A stretch of 64,000 bases of DNA from Podarcis cretensis (lineage: Eukaryota), in NCBI GenBank assembly GCA_951804945.1, contig OX638153.1, forward strand, positions 82,522,001 through 82,586,000, written 5' to 3'. How positions within the stretch are numbered: the stretch's first letter is position 1; the number at the start of each line of letters is the position of its first letter. The notes below the pieces were generated by a model. It made no database searches. It saw nothing but the letters and a program-made list of their open reading frames with translations, and was not told where the DNA came from. Below, one piece after another: positions 52,031 to 64,000 of the stretch. The position numbers and the translations under genes are program-made.

Positions 52031-54429
52031 TGTGAAAGACAGCTAACTGATCTTCTCACAAATCCACTGCCAGCGAACAGATCATAAGCAGAGAGTTATC
52101 TTGCAGCCTCATACAGTTTAGGAGTCACTTGATGGGTGACACTGGCCATGAAGACAATTTTAAAATAAAATAAAATCAGATGCTCAAAAACTCATTTGGT
52201 GTCTGTTGGCATGAGTGGACATATCAAGATTTTTTGAAAAACTTTACTGTTATAGGCTGCATAGAAAAGTGAAAGCTTTGACCATATGCTTTATTCATAA
52301 TATAGTTTGGAACAGAATGTGAAGGGACTCAGTTTCAGCCTTACATTAATTCTCAGTTTTATAAAATACTGCTCCTTTCTTCCTGTTTTTATTATTTAAT
52401 GAAACCATAAACTGTTCTCAAAGTTAAAGCTGTTTTGCAGTTCTGGAAGGCATTCAAATAAGAGATTAGAGGCCTATTCAAGTACAGCATGTACAGAACC
52501 ATGTCTGTTATATTCATTTGCTACCACAGACCTCTTAAATATTCTGCTCTGATTTTAATGATTAGTCATCAGTATAACGAAAACTAGTAGAAAAAGAGCC
52601 AACATAATTTTTAAGGAACCATTACAGATTGTATTAGATGAATAATTAAAGTGGTAACATAAACATATTTCATATGGGAAGGCAGATTGTAATTCCACCA
52701 AATAGATCTTTACATACAAACTAAACAAACAAAAAGTTATTAATCAGGAAGAAAACATGCTATAAACAAAAAGGAGAAAGGTTATTGTGTATAGCAGATA
52801 ACTGAAGCTCAGCTTTTAACGTATGGCGTTATATGTACTAGAATATGTAAGTGCTGGATTCTAGATAGAGATCATAGTTCTAAACAGAATTTTAGAAAGC
52901 TGAAGAATTATAAAGATGCTAGCAGATACCTGTTATAAATGTCAGTTCTTATAATCCTGCCTATCAGGCATTTCTTGTTGGCAGCAATTCCCTTTGAGGG
53001 CATAGTAGTCCTGTGTAATAAGGTCATCATTACTGTGGGTGACCCCTCTGACTACCTTTGGCTTAGCTCCTGGGATTTTAGAATCTGAATTCCAAGTTCT
53101 ATGGGCATTCTTATAAACTAACCAAAGGGGTTTTCATAGCACTTTGGTTGAGTGGTAGAAGATCCTTTCATACAAAATGGTGGACAACATCTGCTGCTCA
53201 AAATATATCTATTGAGACTTGCTGAACCAGCTAAAAGGAGCATGATGACATTTTAAAAAACTACGCTGCTCAAGTATCCTTGAATATGCTGCTGGGATTG
53301 TAGAGAAGCACTGAGCCCATCCTCACCTGGGATCCAGTTTGCACCCTTATGGAGGGGCAAAAGAGAGAAAGCTTCAGGACTATCCCATATTTATAACAGC
53401 CTGTTTAAAAGGGCTTTTCACTTTCACTACCTCACCTATGTGTTACTGAACCCCCTTCATGGAATGATGCCAACAGCAGTGTTGACTTTGAAAAAAGAGA
53501 TCTGGGAACATACTAAAATGGAAAATCTGCTATTCTGGCTCATCTTACAGGCATACACAAGGAGGCACAATCATCAGGGGGACATTCAAAGTTCAGGTCT
53601 CACACACTCCCGTTGCATAAATGATTTGCCAATGCTTATGTATAAATACTAATTTTAGATTCTGAATGTTATGAAATAAGACTAGTTGCTAGTTGGCAGG
53701 GTAAAAAGGGAACTTTTATTGTAATCCATAAGGATTTTAGAGTCTTTCTTTTGGTTTTGGTTTAACCTTACTTAGTACAATCTTGCATGTGTCAAATCTT
53801 GGAACCCTGTTCCTTTATTGTCACAACTAGTGCTTTGTCAATGAACAGTGACTCTGACAAAATTAGGGAATGGTCTGGACCACAAACCTAAAGTCCCATT
53901 TAGAAACCTGAGTGACTTTTGATAAGAGAAAACCTTTTGGACTTTTTGTGTGGAAGGGGAAATTATCACTATTCTCTCATACCCCCTTATGAAACGGATA
54001 TTAGCATGTCAGAGAACTAATGCTAATTAGTTCTTCTTCTCCTCCTAGTGAGAATGGTGCCAAGTATGTAAAAGTGTTTCAGTAACTTGCATTGAGCCAT
54101 TTGTATATGCTTTCCCAGACACCCAACATAGCACTAAGGCAATCCTTCAATCAGTGCAAGGATTTCTGATTGTGCAATGCAGCATTCTCCCTATCTCCTT
54201 TGTCCTAAATCTGCTCTAGAGGTTCTTAAAACCCTACATATTTGGGCATGTGGTGAGAGGAGAGCAAGTCCCATTGTGCAAGTGGAAATCTTTGCACTGA
54301 CAAATGCCCTCTGTACGGGAAGTTAGTTGTAGAGAAGCATCATGAGCCAAATCTCCTTTGAAGTGGCCCATTCGGTATTTGTTTTCTTGTTTACCATATT
54401 CTTACTGTATCTTATAAATGATAACGAAA

Positions 54430-54826
54430 CTCCCATGTAATGCTGACTATGGCTTACTGCAAATGAGCAAACACATGGGCTGCTAGAGAGGAGATTGTGG
54501 CTACTTTGCTCCTCCCCTTTTTTCTTTTGCTACTGCTCTGTGCTTGAGTTAAACTGCAGTTTGGCTCAGCTAACTGTCTGAAGCAGGGCTCAGGGTTTAT
54601 CTCTCCCAGACAATACACAAGTTGTAAACCATAGGATAAACCTTGGTTCCAGCTTGTGGTTTGTCTGCAGAGAGCTAAACTACAAGCTCGGGTCTGGACA
54701 ATAAGCCAAACCACAGCTCAGCTCAGTGTAGCAGAAAACATCCAGGGAGGAGCAAAGTGCTACAATCTCCTCTTTGGAACCCCACGTTTGTAGTAAGTCA
54801 TGGTTTGGCTTAACATTATGTGGGAG
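54430..54826. mobile_element. Palindromic non-autonomous DNA element
   Basis: 54487-54516 near-complementary to 54745-54773; termini CTCCCATGTAATG / CATTATGTGGGAG. Confidence 0.6.
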
Positions 54827-55759
54827 CTGGGCAACTGTAAACATTTCAGCAAGGAAACAGCTTTTTTTCTCTTTAATGAAAAACCAGAGGGAAAATGTAA
54901 CCCACACTGAGCCTCTGAGATAGAGCAGGATAAAGTGAAGATCCTCACTTTGTTTTGTTTTGTGTTTACATTTTTATGCTTGTTATTTTATCACCTGTCT
55001 CCTCAAAATATAATGGGATAAAAAATAAATATGGATATTTCCCATTTTGTAGCAATGTTTTCCAAGAATAGTTCACATATGTAAGATATTGGGCTATTAT
55101 GGTGCCAAGCACCATAAAAGCCTTTCTATGAAATCCTATATCATGTATAGGTTACCAGTGTGGTTGGTCTTAAATGTGACAATCACAGATGATTAACTCA
55201 GCAAATCTAGGAATTCTATACTACAGCTTTGTTTTTCAGAAGATGTGTTACTCCTGTTAATCTATGAATTATAGCAGCTGTCTAGTTAGATATACTTCAA
55301 GACATAATGGTCCCTCTATTACATATGTGGTAAAATAAAGGTCTCAGTGGGCACTTTCTACTTTTTACACTGCTATTAAAAAATCTAAGATGCATTCATA
55401 AAACACAGGGAACTCGGGGGAATTCTGGTTTGCAATATTAATACCATAAATAAGATTAAAATTGGTGTACTATCTTGTAAGAAGGATTCTCTTGGTTACA
55501 TTCATACAGAACCAATTTGTAGGATTTTGATTGATGGCACAGGAATGCTCTGAGAAACACATTAGTGGAATATAATGTCTATATATACATAACAGTTGCA
55601 TTGTTCTCTTTTCAGTGGACATAATATGTTTCTTTAAAAATGTCTTTATCAATCTTCATGTTGTAGATGCAAAGGAACATGAAAAAAGCCCTGTCCTGTC
55701 AGTGTAATAACTTAAAACAACTTAGGCTCAGGATGACAACAATGGTAGCTTGTTCATTT

Positions 55760-56180
55760 ATAGAATCATAGAGTTGGAAGAGACCACAAGGGCCATCGAG
55801 TCCAACCCCCTGCGAAGCAGGAAACACCATCAGAGCACTCCTGACATATGGTTGTCAAGCCTCTGCTTAAAGACCTCCAAAGAAGGAGACTCCACCACAC
55901 TCCTTGGCAGCAAATTCCACTGTCGAACAGCTCTTACTGTCAGGAAGTTCTTCCTAATGTTTAGGTGGAATCTTCTTTCTTGTAGTTTGGATCCATTGCT
56001 CCGTGTCCGCTTCTCTGGAGCAGCAGAAAACAACCTTTCTCCCTCCTCTATGTGACATCCTTTTATATATTTGAACATGGCTATCATATCACCCCTTAAC
56101 CTCCTCTTCTCCAGGCTAAACATGCCCAGCTCCCTTAGCCGTTCCTCATAAGGCATCGTTTCCAGGCCTTTGACCATTTG
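55760..56180 (-). mobile_element. Young CR1 LINE 3' end
   Basis: Uninterrupted YEERLRELGMFSLEKRRLRGDMI...FKQRLD; ATGATTCTA tail; TSD GTTCATTT. Confidence 0.92.
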
Positions 56181-56534
56181 GTTCATTTGCTGTCTAAATG
56201 TGTGTGTGTGTTAGGATAACAAAATAAAACTATTTGGCTTTAAAGAGATGTTTTATCTTTTGAGTTTTGCAAGTTGAGTACATTTCCCCCTTATGCCTTT
56301 GATATTGTCAGGATTTTTTAAAAAATACTGTAAGTGTGCATTTTTAAATCTTCAGCCATAATTATATCAAACAGATTGTTGTATGTATAATACATTCTAT
56401 TTTAAAGTATACACAAGCATATACAGCTACTTACATTAGAGAAAAACTTGTTGTCATTTGCCATAAACAACAACGTCCACTGTTTGCTTGGAAATAAGTC
56501 AATTTACTTCAATAAATGTCCACATGAATGCATC

Positions 56535-57304
56535 TTCTACCTCTCCACATCAGAACCAGTGAAGGCGGTGAAGGTCCTCCATCTAGAGGCAGATGGAGGA
56601 CGGATGGCAGATAACAGATTGAGGTTGAACCCTGACAAGATAGAAGTACTGTTTTTGGGCGGGCGGGTGTGGTGGACGCCCTGGTCCTGAATGGGGTAAC
56701 TGTGCCCCTGAAGGACCAGATGCACAACCTGGGAGTCATTTTGGACTCTCAGCTGTCTATGGAGGTGCAGGTCAATTCTATGTCCAGGGTAGCTGTCTAC
56801 CAGCTCCAACTGGTACGCCGGCTCAGACCATACCTGCCTGCAGACTGTCTCGCCAGAGTGGTGCATGCTCTGCTTATCTCCACTTGGACTACTGCAATGC
56901 GCTCTGTGTGGGGCTGCCTTTGAAGGTGATTCAGAAACTACAACTAATTCAGAATGCGGCAGCTAGACTGGTGACCTGGAGTGGCCACTGGGACCATATA
57001 ACACTGGTTCTAAAGGATCTTCATTGGCCTCAGCCCAGACACTGAAGTCCTCCTCAGAGGGTCTTCTGCTGGTTCCCTCACTGTGAGAAGTGAAGTTACA
57101 GGGAAGCAGGCAGAGGGCTTTCTCAGTAGTGATGCCGTCCCTATGGAACACTCTCCCTTCAGATGTAAAGGAAATAAACAACTATCAGACATCTGAAGGC
57201 ACTCCTGTATAGGGAAGTTTTTAATGTCTGATGCTTTATTATGTTTGATATATTCTGTAAGCCACCCAGAATGGCTGGGGAAACCCAGCCAGATGGGTTG
57301 GGTG

Positions 57305-57345
<41 letters not shown>
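56535..57345 (+). mobile_element. L2 LINE 3' fragment with internal deletion
   Basis: NRLRLNPDK.EVL and LGVILDSQLSM motifs; (TTA)n tail. Confidence 0.88.
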
Positions 57346-57504
57346 TGGGTGCAATGAGATATGAGACAGTGCAGGACCCAATTTTTTATCCCTTATAAAG
57401 TGTGGGTGGGCAGATGATTTAAGGTGCAACATATGTCAGTGGGAGGGAACAGCTGGACCTCCAACATACCTGCACATTTGATTTTTCTCTTGGGGTGCTT
57501 CCTG

Positions 57505-57997
57505 CTAGCTTTGGAGACCCTCAAGGAGAAATATCATTAGGGTAAAACATGTGAAGACAGGCTCTGGATTGAGAGGATGTGACCAATAGTGAGTCCAATG
57601 GTCAAGAAGGCGGTTTCTGCACATGCTATAGGGGGAAGTGAGGGGCAGATGGGGCTCATGAGCCTGGGATGGTAGTCCATCTAGGAGAAGGAAAACTCTT
57701 GATTCTAAAGAAAGGGCTAAGGAGTAAACTCTACACATATCTGGAGTGGAGTCCCTAAGACAGTTAGATGGCAACTACAGCAGCCAAGTTGGTTCCAAAC
57801 AGATTGCTCTGCTTTCCCTTGGACCACATCAGCAAGGTCAAGAGGAGGGACTTGTTGTCTGGGCAGCCCAGGATTTCCATAAACACTGTCCAGGCTTGCG
57901 TCCCAGAGAAGTCACTTCGGTACTGTTAACACAGCAATTTGACTTCACCCCCAGAGGCCCACTCCATTGTCTTTCAAGACAGATGGATGCCAACAAA
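57505..57997 (+). mobile_element. Non-autonomous RTE-related element
   Basis: No ORF homology seen; 3' tail shared with the RTE at 33743 and a fragment at about 47640-47797. Confidence 0.55.
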
Positions 57998-58509
57998 ACA
58001 CCGGCAGGTATCAAACAGCTGGTCTGCTGTCATTATGTCCATTTTCAGCCAACTGTCTTAAAGCATTCACTTTTTCTACTACACAAAAGTAGCTTGCTGT
58101 TGTGCACTTCTCCAAAGCGAACAGATAGAAAATTATTGCTTATTTTCCAAGGGTTGTATCCAGCTTATAGTCAAAGTAGACCTACTGAAATCAATGAATT
58201 GGGCTAATGTATGTGCATTGATTTCAATGGATCTATACCGAGTATGAGTTAGTTGGATACAACTCTTCTGAATTACCCATTTAGCAGTCTTATTAATGTC
58301 ACAATGGATGCAAAATCAAGAAAAAATGGCTAATAGGTTTGCTGACTATAAATGCTTTCTCCTTAAAAAAGATCCCTTTGAGAAAAAGTAAACAAATATG
58401 GATTAATTGGATTAAAGTGTCAAACTAATCAGTTACATTAATGCAAAGTGAAAGAAGGAAATTAAACTGAAGTTGGGGGTACAAAATAAGCTATGTTCTA
58501 GTACAACAC

Positions 58510-58830
58510 ACTATGTGGGGCTACCGCAAAGCATGTTCCAAAAAGAAAGCCAGATTGCTTTCTGGCATGCAGTTTGTTGACCATATTACACTAGGTTTTG
58601 TAACAACTGCACTGGTTTACAATTTGTTTCTGGGAACCATTCAATGTGCTGGTTCTTAACTCTAAAGACCTAAATGGTTTGTTGCCAGAGTATCTGAAAG
58701 GCCATCTACCTTTAATTTAAGATCACCTTTGGCGGCTTCGCTATTTGTTGTACCAGCAAGAAAGCTAGATTGGTGGAAACATAGGACAGGGCTGTTGCTG
58801 TGGTAGTACATTGTCTATGGGACTTTTTGC
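58510..58830 (+). mobile_element. Ancient L2 fragment
   Basis: Degenerate CTATGTGGGGCTACC...CTGCACTGGTTAC...GTGCTGGT..TAAAG.CCTAAATGG. Confidence 0.6.
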
Positions 58831-59918
58831 TCTGCATGACTTTGGCTGGTTTTAAGTGAAATTGCTTCCACATTTTTAAAAATTTAAATCATACTAATCT
58901 GCCATGGTATTGTTTCAAAGTTTTGAAGCTAACTTTTTTCAAATTGTGGATAGTCTCAGTCGTTCTTTGTGGCCAAAAGGCAACTTAGTATTATAAATAA
59001 AATAAATTGCTTATCAAGACAGATACCTGATTTACAGTTACAATAGATACCAGAAGAAAAAAATCTCTTCTACTAGTCTTGACATCAAAGTCTCTGATAT
59101 AGACAATTGTCCATGAGTGTCACAAGGAAAAATGTGTGCAGTATTCAATATAGCCCATGATTGCCATTATTCTTATTTGCACTAAAAGCAAGTGGAAAGG
59201 AACCATTTAATACAAACCACACCAGGACAACAGGGATTGCACGTAACATAGTATGTATGTGCATCTAGGCAGAGCCGATTCAGCTTACCAGAGCTACTCT
59301 GCATGTAGATCTAAATTTACCCTTTCCCCCACATCCATGCTACTGCTGATCTACACCTATGGTGTGCTCAAGGCAATTTCTGGATTGGACCAGATAAGAT
59401 TTTGTTCTTAAAAGATACACCAGTTACAAAGCTGTAGCATTCTTACTTGAATTGCTTGCAACATCCCAAAACTTTGATATGTTCTTTCAACTGCTACTGT
59501 AATTAAACTACTGTTTTCCTCTAGAGTGAAAACAAATCCCAAATACTTGCTTATGTCTGACCAGTGTATTTACAGCATAAGGTTAGAGCCCAATGTTTCA
59601 ATGCAAGGGAAAGCATGCACCCAGAGTACAAAATACTGTAAAGTTGTACAAAATCAAGGATCAGAGAAGGTGACACTTGAAAGGAGTCATAAAGTTAGTG
59701 ATTAAAGATGGTGCATCATATTGCATGATAATCTCAGCAGAAACTGTAGACTCAAGAGCAGTGCCATTTAAATGACTGGACATTGCTAATTTAGGTCCAT
59801 TAATTTTAAAGGAACTGCTCTAATTCATTTGACTACAACTTTGCATATTGACAAAATGAAATACTTTCAAAAGCATTGTACTCTAAAATAAGCTATATAC
59901 ATCTCCATGGTGACTTAC

Positions 59919-60140
59919 CATCAGAACTTGTAAGTACAAAGTTCTCAGTGTGAGTTTGTCTCTTTCCACCAAAACTTTTGGGAAACCAGTGAAGATCGAT
60001 GGGATAGATATCATCAGGAAGCTTCGCTACTTGTGTTGTCTCACCATTTAACAAGTTCCATTTAATAATTTGGTGATCATCACTGCATGAATAAAGATCG
60101 TCTGCTGTTGTCCAGCCTACACAACTAACCAATTCCTTAT
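59919..60140 (-). CDS. IFT80: IFT80 coding exon c2 ([10 protein letters not shown]...VLTSSDG), WD40
   Basis: Within ORF 59893..60195; AC acceptor with TTCCTTAAT branch site; GTAAGT donor; 222 nt. Confidence 0.96.
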
Positions 60141-60404
60141 GTTTTAACAGAATTAAGGAATTTAAGAATATTGGTACAGTTAAATCCTTATACATATTAG
60201 CAAATAGATTATTTTTTCTTCATTAAACTTTTTTGAAAACATGAATTACCATAAAATTATTTAAACAAAAAAGATGCAAGGGGTTGGTAAAGAGAGCTCA
60301 ACAATTATACATACCGATAATACTTTATTTCTTACTTATATCTTCTTTACAGTATTTTTCTTTAAAGGGTTTTGAGATGAAGGAAGAACTCAAAACGTCT
60401 ATAG

Positions 60405-60491
60405 CAGTGTTTCTGAAAATTGGGTCTCCAGCTGTTGTTGGACTACAACTCCCATCATCTCCAGCTAGCAGCAGCAGTTTGAGAAACACTG
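60405..60491. mobile_element. 87-bp hAT MITE
   Basis: TIR CAGTGTTTCT / AGAAACACTG; perfect 8-bp TSD GTCTATAG. Confidence 0.85.
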
Positions 60492-60901
60492 GTCTATAGT
60501 GTGCACTTATAGGTTGTAACTGGTTTTGCAAGGCCTCTTTAGTTATTATACTATTAGACTCATACAAATCATGAAAATGATTAAGGCTTTTTGGGCACCA
60601 AGCTTTAACATCTCCTACAGAAAATCTTCCTAAAAAGGAAGGGTAGTATGCTGATAGCAATAGGAGAGGTGTACCTGGCCTTAATACACCAGTCCAGGAC
60701 TTTCAGGCATGAAATATGCAAAGGGATAGATTTTGACCTTCTTTACAAGTGCTCTTAAAAACCAACAACTGGATCAAGTTCATAAAGGATTAGAAAAGTT
60801 GCATCTGCTGGTTGTCCAAGCAGTAAGAAACCTGGAATATCTTTGTGGTCCATTTAAAGCTGGCTTAAAAATATGATGCTGGCTCTTAGGACTTAGAAAT
60901 A

Positions 60902-61010
60902 CAGTGGTACCTCTGGTTACGAACTTAATTTGTTCCGGAGGTCTGTTCTTAACCTGAAACTGTTCTTAACCTGAGGTACCACTTTAGCTAATGGGGCCTC
61001 CCGCTGCCGC
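60902..61010. mobile_element. Truncated family A MITE
   Basis: One TIR with TA; homology ends at about 61010. Confidence 0.75.
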
Positions 61011-61231
61011 TTTCCTCTTTGTTTTCCCTTAGTTTGAAAAGGTCCATTATGATTAGCACTAACCAGGAATTACATGCAAACCATTATTTGAAACTATGTT
61101 TTGTAGGTAATCCAATTTAGTGCTTATTGGTTTGCCCAACTCAAGACACAGCAAACAATATTTTTTATTTTACAAGATTTATAGACTGCTTAATTAAAAA
61201 AGGAATAAAATCGTTTACATAAAGTAGTATA

Positions 61232-61459
61232 AAGTGGAACCTCAGGTTGTGAATGTGATCCGTGTGGGAGGCACGTTCGCAACCCACAGTGCTGTGTCTG
61301 CGCACGCGTGGGTTGCGATTCGGCGCTTCTGCGCATAGTGCCATTTAGTGCTTCTGCGCATGCACCAAAAACTGGAAGTAACCTGTTCCGGTACTTCTGG
61401 GTTCGGCGCGCAACCTGAAATTGCGTAACCTGAAGGGTCTGTAACCCGAGGTACCACTG
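61232..61459. mobile_element. Tc1/mariner MITE, family B
   Basis: Inverted homolog of 16962-17191; TA flanks. Confidence 0.8.
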
Positions 61460-62484
61460 TACTAATTAACCAGAAAAGAGAGCAGTGGATATGTGAGCCC
61501 ATTGTATGTTCTGGGTGGTTTGGAGGCTTAAAATATATTTTAATTCAACCCTTGATGTCTAGTGCAAAGCTATCTGTGCTTTGTGAGCCAATGGTGTGCC
61601 ACTCTTGTGCTGCATGGATCATATGTGTAGTACAAGGAACTTGAATATGGGGATACAGAAGTAAAATCAAATAGCTAGCACTAAAACTATTTACAATACC
61701 TTATCAACCAATAACCATTTGCATGTCTGAGCATCAGTGACTTTTCCTCACAAATTTAAAAGTTCCATGATAACATCAGTGCATGAACAGGAACTAGATT
61801 CTATATGGGCACTTCCTTTTCTTCCACACTTCAATGCAACAGATGCTGTTAAACTCTGCATAATTTTCCTAACTCAAGCAGAAGCAAATACATGGGCAGA
61901 AGGATTATTGCCCCTCCTCAAAAACTGTGCTATTTTCTCAAGGAATGTGAGAGTTCTGTTGGATAAGACCAAAAGCCTATCTAGTCAGCCATCCGATTTC
62001 ACAAAGTGGCCAACCAGATGCATCTGGGAAAGCAACAAGATGATTAGACTGACCAGCTCAATTGAGAACATTCACTTTAGTTGTGAACATGTTAACAGTA
62101 ATTTGTATTTTACAAGTGGGGTGCCACAGTTCCTGATATCTTTCTTTTTTTTAATTCTATTACACAGATGGGATTATTCTAACAGCCCTTAAGATGCTGT
62201 TCAATGATAAGTCTTCTATCTTCCCTGGCTGCACAACAATATCAATATCCATTTGCTCAAAAACAGTAGGTCTGATGTTACTGCCTGAAACTGGACCGGT
62301 TTTCATGTCACAGTAAATGACAGTTAATGGGTTTTTGAGAATGTGCAAACCCTGTTTAACTCTTCTCCTAGGACAAGCAAGAGCAACACAGATAGCTGAG
62401 TGCTATCTGAATCAGGTATCATAATTTGCTTTCCTTACAACCCTTGGCTGACAATCACGGTTTGTTTGGAACTAACGTGAAGTT

Positions 62485-63190
62485 GGTGAAGGTCCTGTGT
62501 GAGTGTCTGGAGGCGGTTGGATGGCGGCTAACAGATTGAGGTTGAATCCTGACAAGACAGTAGTACTGTTTTGGGGGGATAGGAGGCTGGCAGGTTTGGG
62601 GGACTCCCTGGTCCTGAATGGGGTAACTATGTCCCTGAATGACTAGGTGCGCAGCCTGGGGGTCATTTTGGACTCACAGCTGTCCATAAAGGAACAGGTC
62701 AATTCTGTATCCAGGGCAGCTGTTTACCAGCTCCATCTGGTACATAGGCTGAGACCCTATCTGCCTGCAGACTGTCTCGCCAGAGTGGTGCATGCTCTGG
62801 TTATCTCCCGCTTGGACTACTGCAATGCGCTCTACGTGGGGCTACCTTTGAAGGTGACCCGGAAACTACAACTAATCCAGAATGCGGATTAGTTCCCTCA
62901 CTGCGAGAAGCCAAGTTACAGGGAACCAGGCAGAGGGCCTTCTCAGTGGTGGCACCTGCCCTGTGGAACGCCCTCCCAGCAGATGTCAAAGAGAAAAACA
63001 ACTACCAGACTTTTAGAAGACATCTGAAGGCAGCCTTGTTTAGGGAAACTTTTAATGTTTAAGACTATTGTATTTTAATATTCTGTTGGAAGCTTCCCAG
63101 AGTGGCTTCTGTTGGAAGCTTCCCAGAGTGGCTAGGGAAACCCAGCCAGATGGGCGGGGTATAAATAAAAAATTATTATTATATTATTAT
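62485..63190 (+). mobile_element. L2 LINE 3' fragment with internal deletion
   Basis: ORF 62647..62892 matches the L2 ORF2 C-terminus; (TTA)n tail. Confidence 0.88.
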
Positions 63191-63493
63191 AAACAAATCA
63201 CACTGATACCAGGTTTAGACTTAACACTAAGCCAGGGATTGTGGTTTGCTGCTCGCATTCACACTAAGGGATCAAAGGCAGTTTACCACAATATGTAAAC
63301 TGGACCATTGTAGGACAAAGTGTATTGTCAAAAATGTTGTGTCTTTCTAACAGGGTTTGAGCTCTGAGAGATACAAAATTTTATTTTGATACATTTGTGA
63401 TTTTTTAAAAAACCACATTGTTACAAGCACTGAGAAATATCAGAACATTGTCAGCTATGCCTATGACATAGGTTTGAGATGAACAAAGGATAT

Positions 63494-63530
63494 GTTTTGG
63501 TTCCTTCAACAGAGATGTCTTTAATCTCAT
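63494..63530 (-). CDS. IFT80: IFT80 coding exon c1 (MRLKTSLLKEPK+C)
   Basis: Minus strand reads ATG AGA TTA AAG ACA TCT CTG TTG AAG GAA CCA AAA C, followed by the U12 donor ATATCCTTT; matches the IFT80 N-terminus. Confidence 0.95.
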
Positions 63531-64000
63531 TATGATTTCTGTTATTGATCATCCAGTTGCTACACTGATAAAAAAATCTTCTTGGTTGCACAGTTAATAC
63601 CTGTAAAACACATACAAAAAAGTAACCTGTACTAAAATATTAATCCTCACATTTTAATCAATCATTACCTTCTCTGGCCCAAAGTGGTAATGCAATGTGC
63701 TACAGATTTATGCATAAAGATGACGAAGTGTTTGTATTAACTTTGCAATATAGTCAGATACTTTGGGAAAGCTCTGGACCCATTCCTGGCAATAAAATGC
63801 CAAGTTACAAAGAACTGTTGGAACAAAAAAATGTTTACAAAAGGTTCTGCAGAAATAATGGACTTTAGAGAACTTCTTCAATTGCCATAACTCCCATTAA
63901 TGTAAATTAATGGACACTTTCTTATTCACAAGAGAATGCCATTATGCACAACATATGCCCTCTAACCTCTTGGGATTCCAGCAACATAGATACTACAACC

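Larger units (their letters stand above)
60141..63493 (-). other. IFT80: U12-type (minor spliceosome) AT-AC intron of IFT80
   Basis: 5' ATATCCTTT (63493-63485); branch TTCCTTAAT (60160-60152); terminal AC (60142-60141); joining rebuilds the His codon C|AT. Confidence 0.93.

Overview
AT-rich, repeat-laden vertebrate genomic DNA. The repeat content (Sauria SINEs, L2, CR1, RTE/BovB, Penelope, Tc1/mariner and hAT MITEs) points to a squamate, probably a lacertid lizard. The window holds the complete coding region of IFT80 on the minus strand. I traced 19 coding exons (c1-c19) from ATG at 63530 to TAA at 2707-2709, totalling 2337 nt / 778 aa, with consistent phases. The gene has a U12-type AT-AC first coding intron, a GC-AG last intron and a 105-nt frame-preserving intron. 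The most striking non-genic system is a young Penelope-like element family carrying a minimal hammerhead ribozyme. One copy (11252-11435) is sense to the IFT80 pre-mRNA and has CCAAT/TATA/Inr motifs just upstream of the ribozyme. Another (51815-52030) forms a perfect 86-bp inverted repeat. Other notable structures are a ~360-bp fold-back with DIRS-like ends, a CpG-rich LTR-like insert, and a nested hAT/BovB insertion at a probable branch point. Most ORFs in the supplied track are spurious or TE fragments. Repeat family names and human comparisons come from recall, not database searches.
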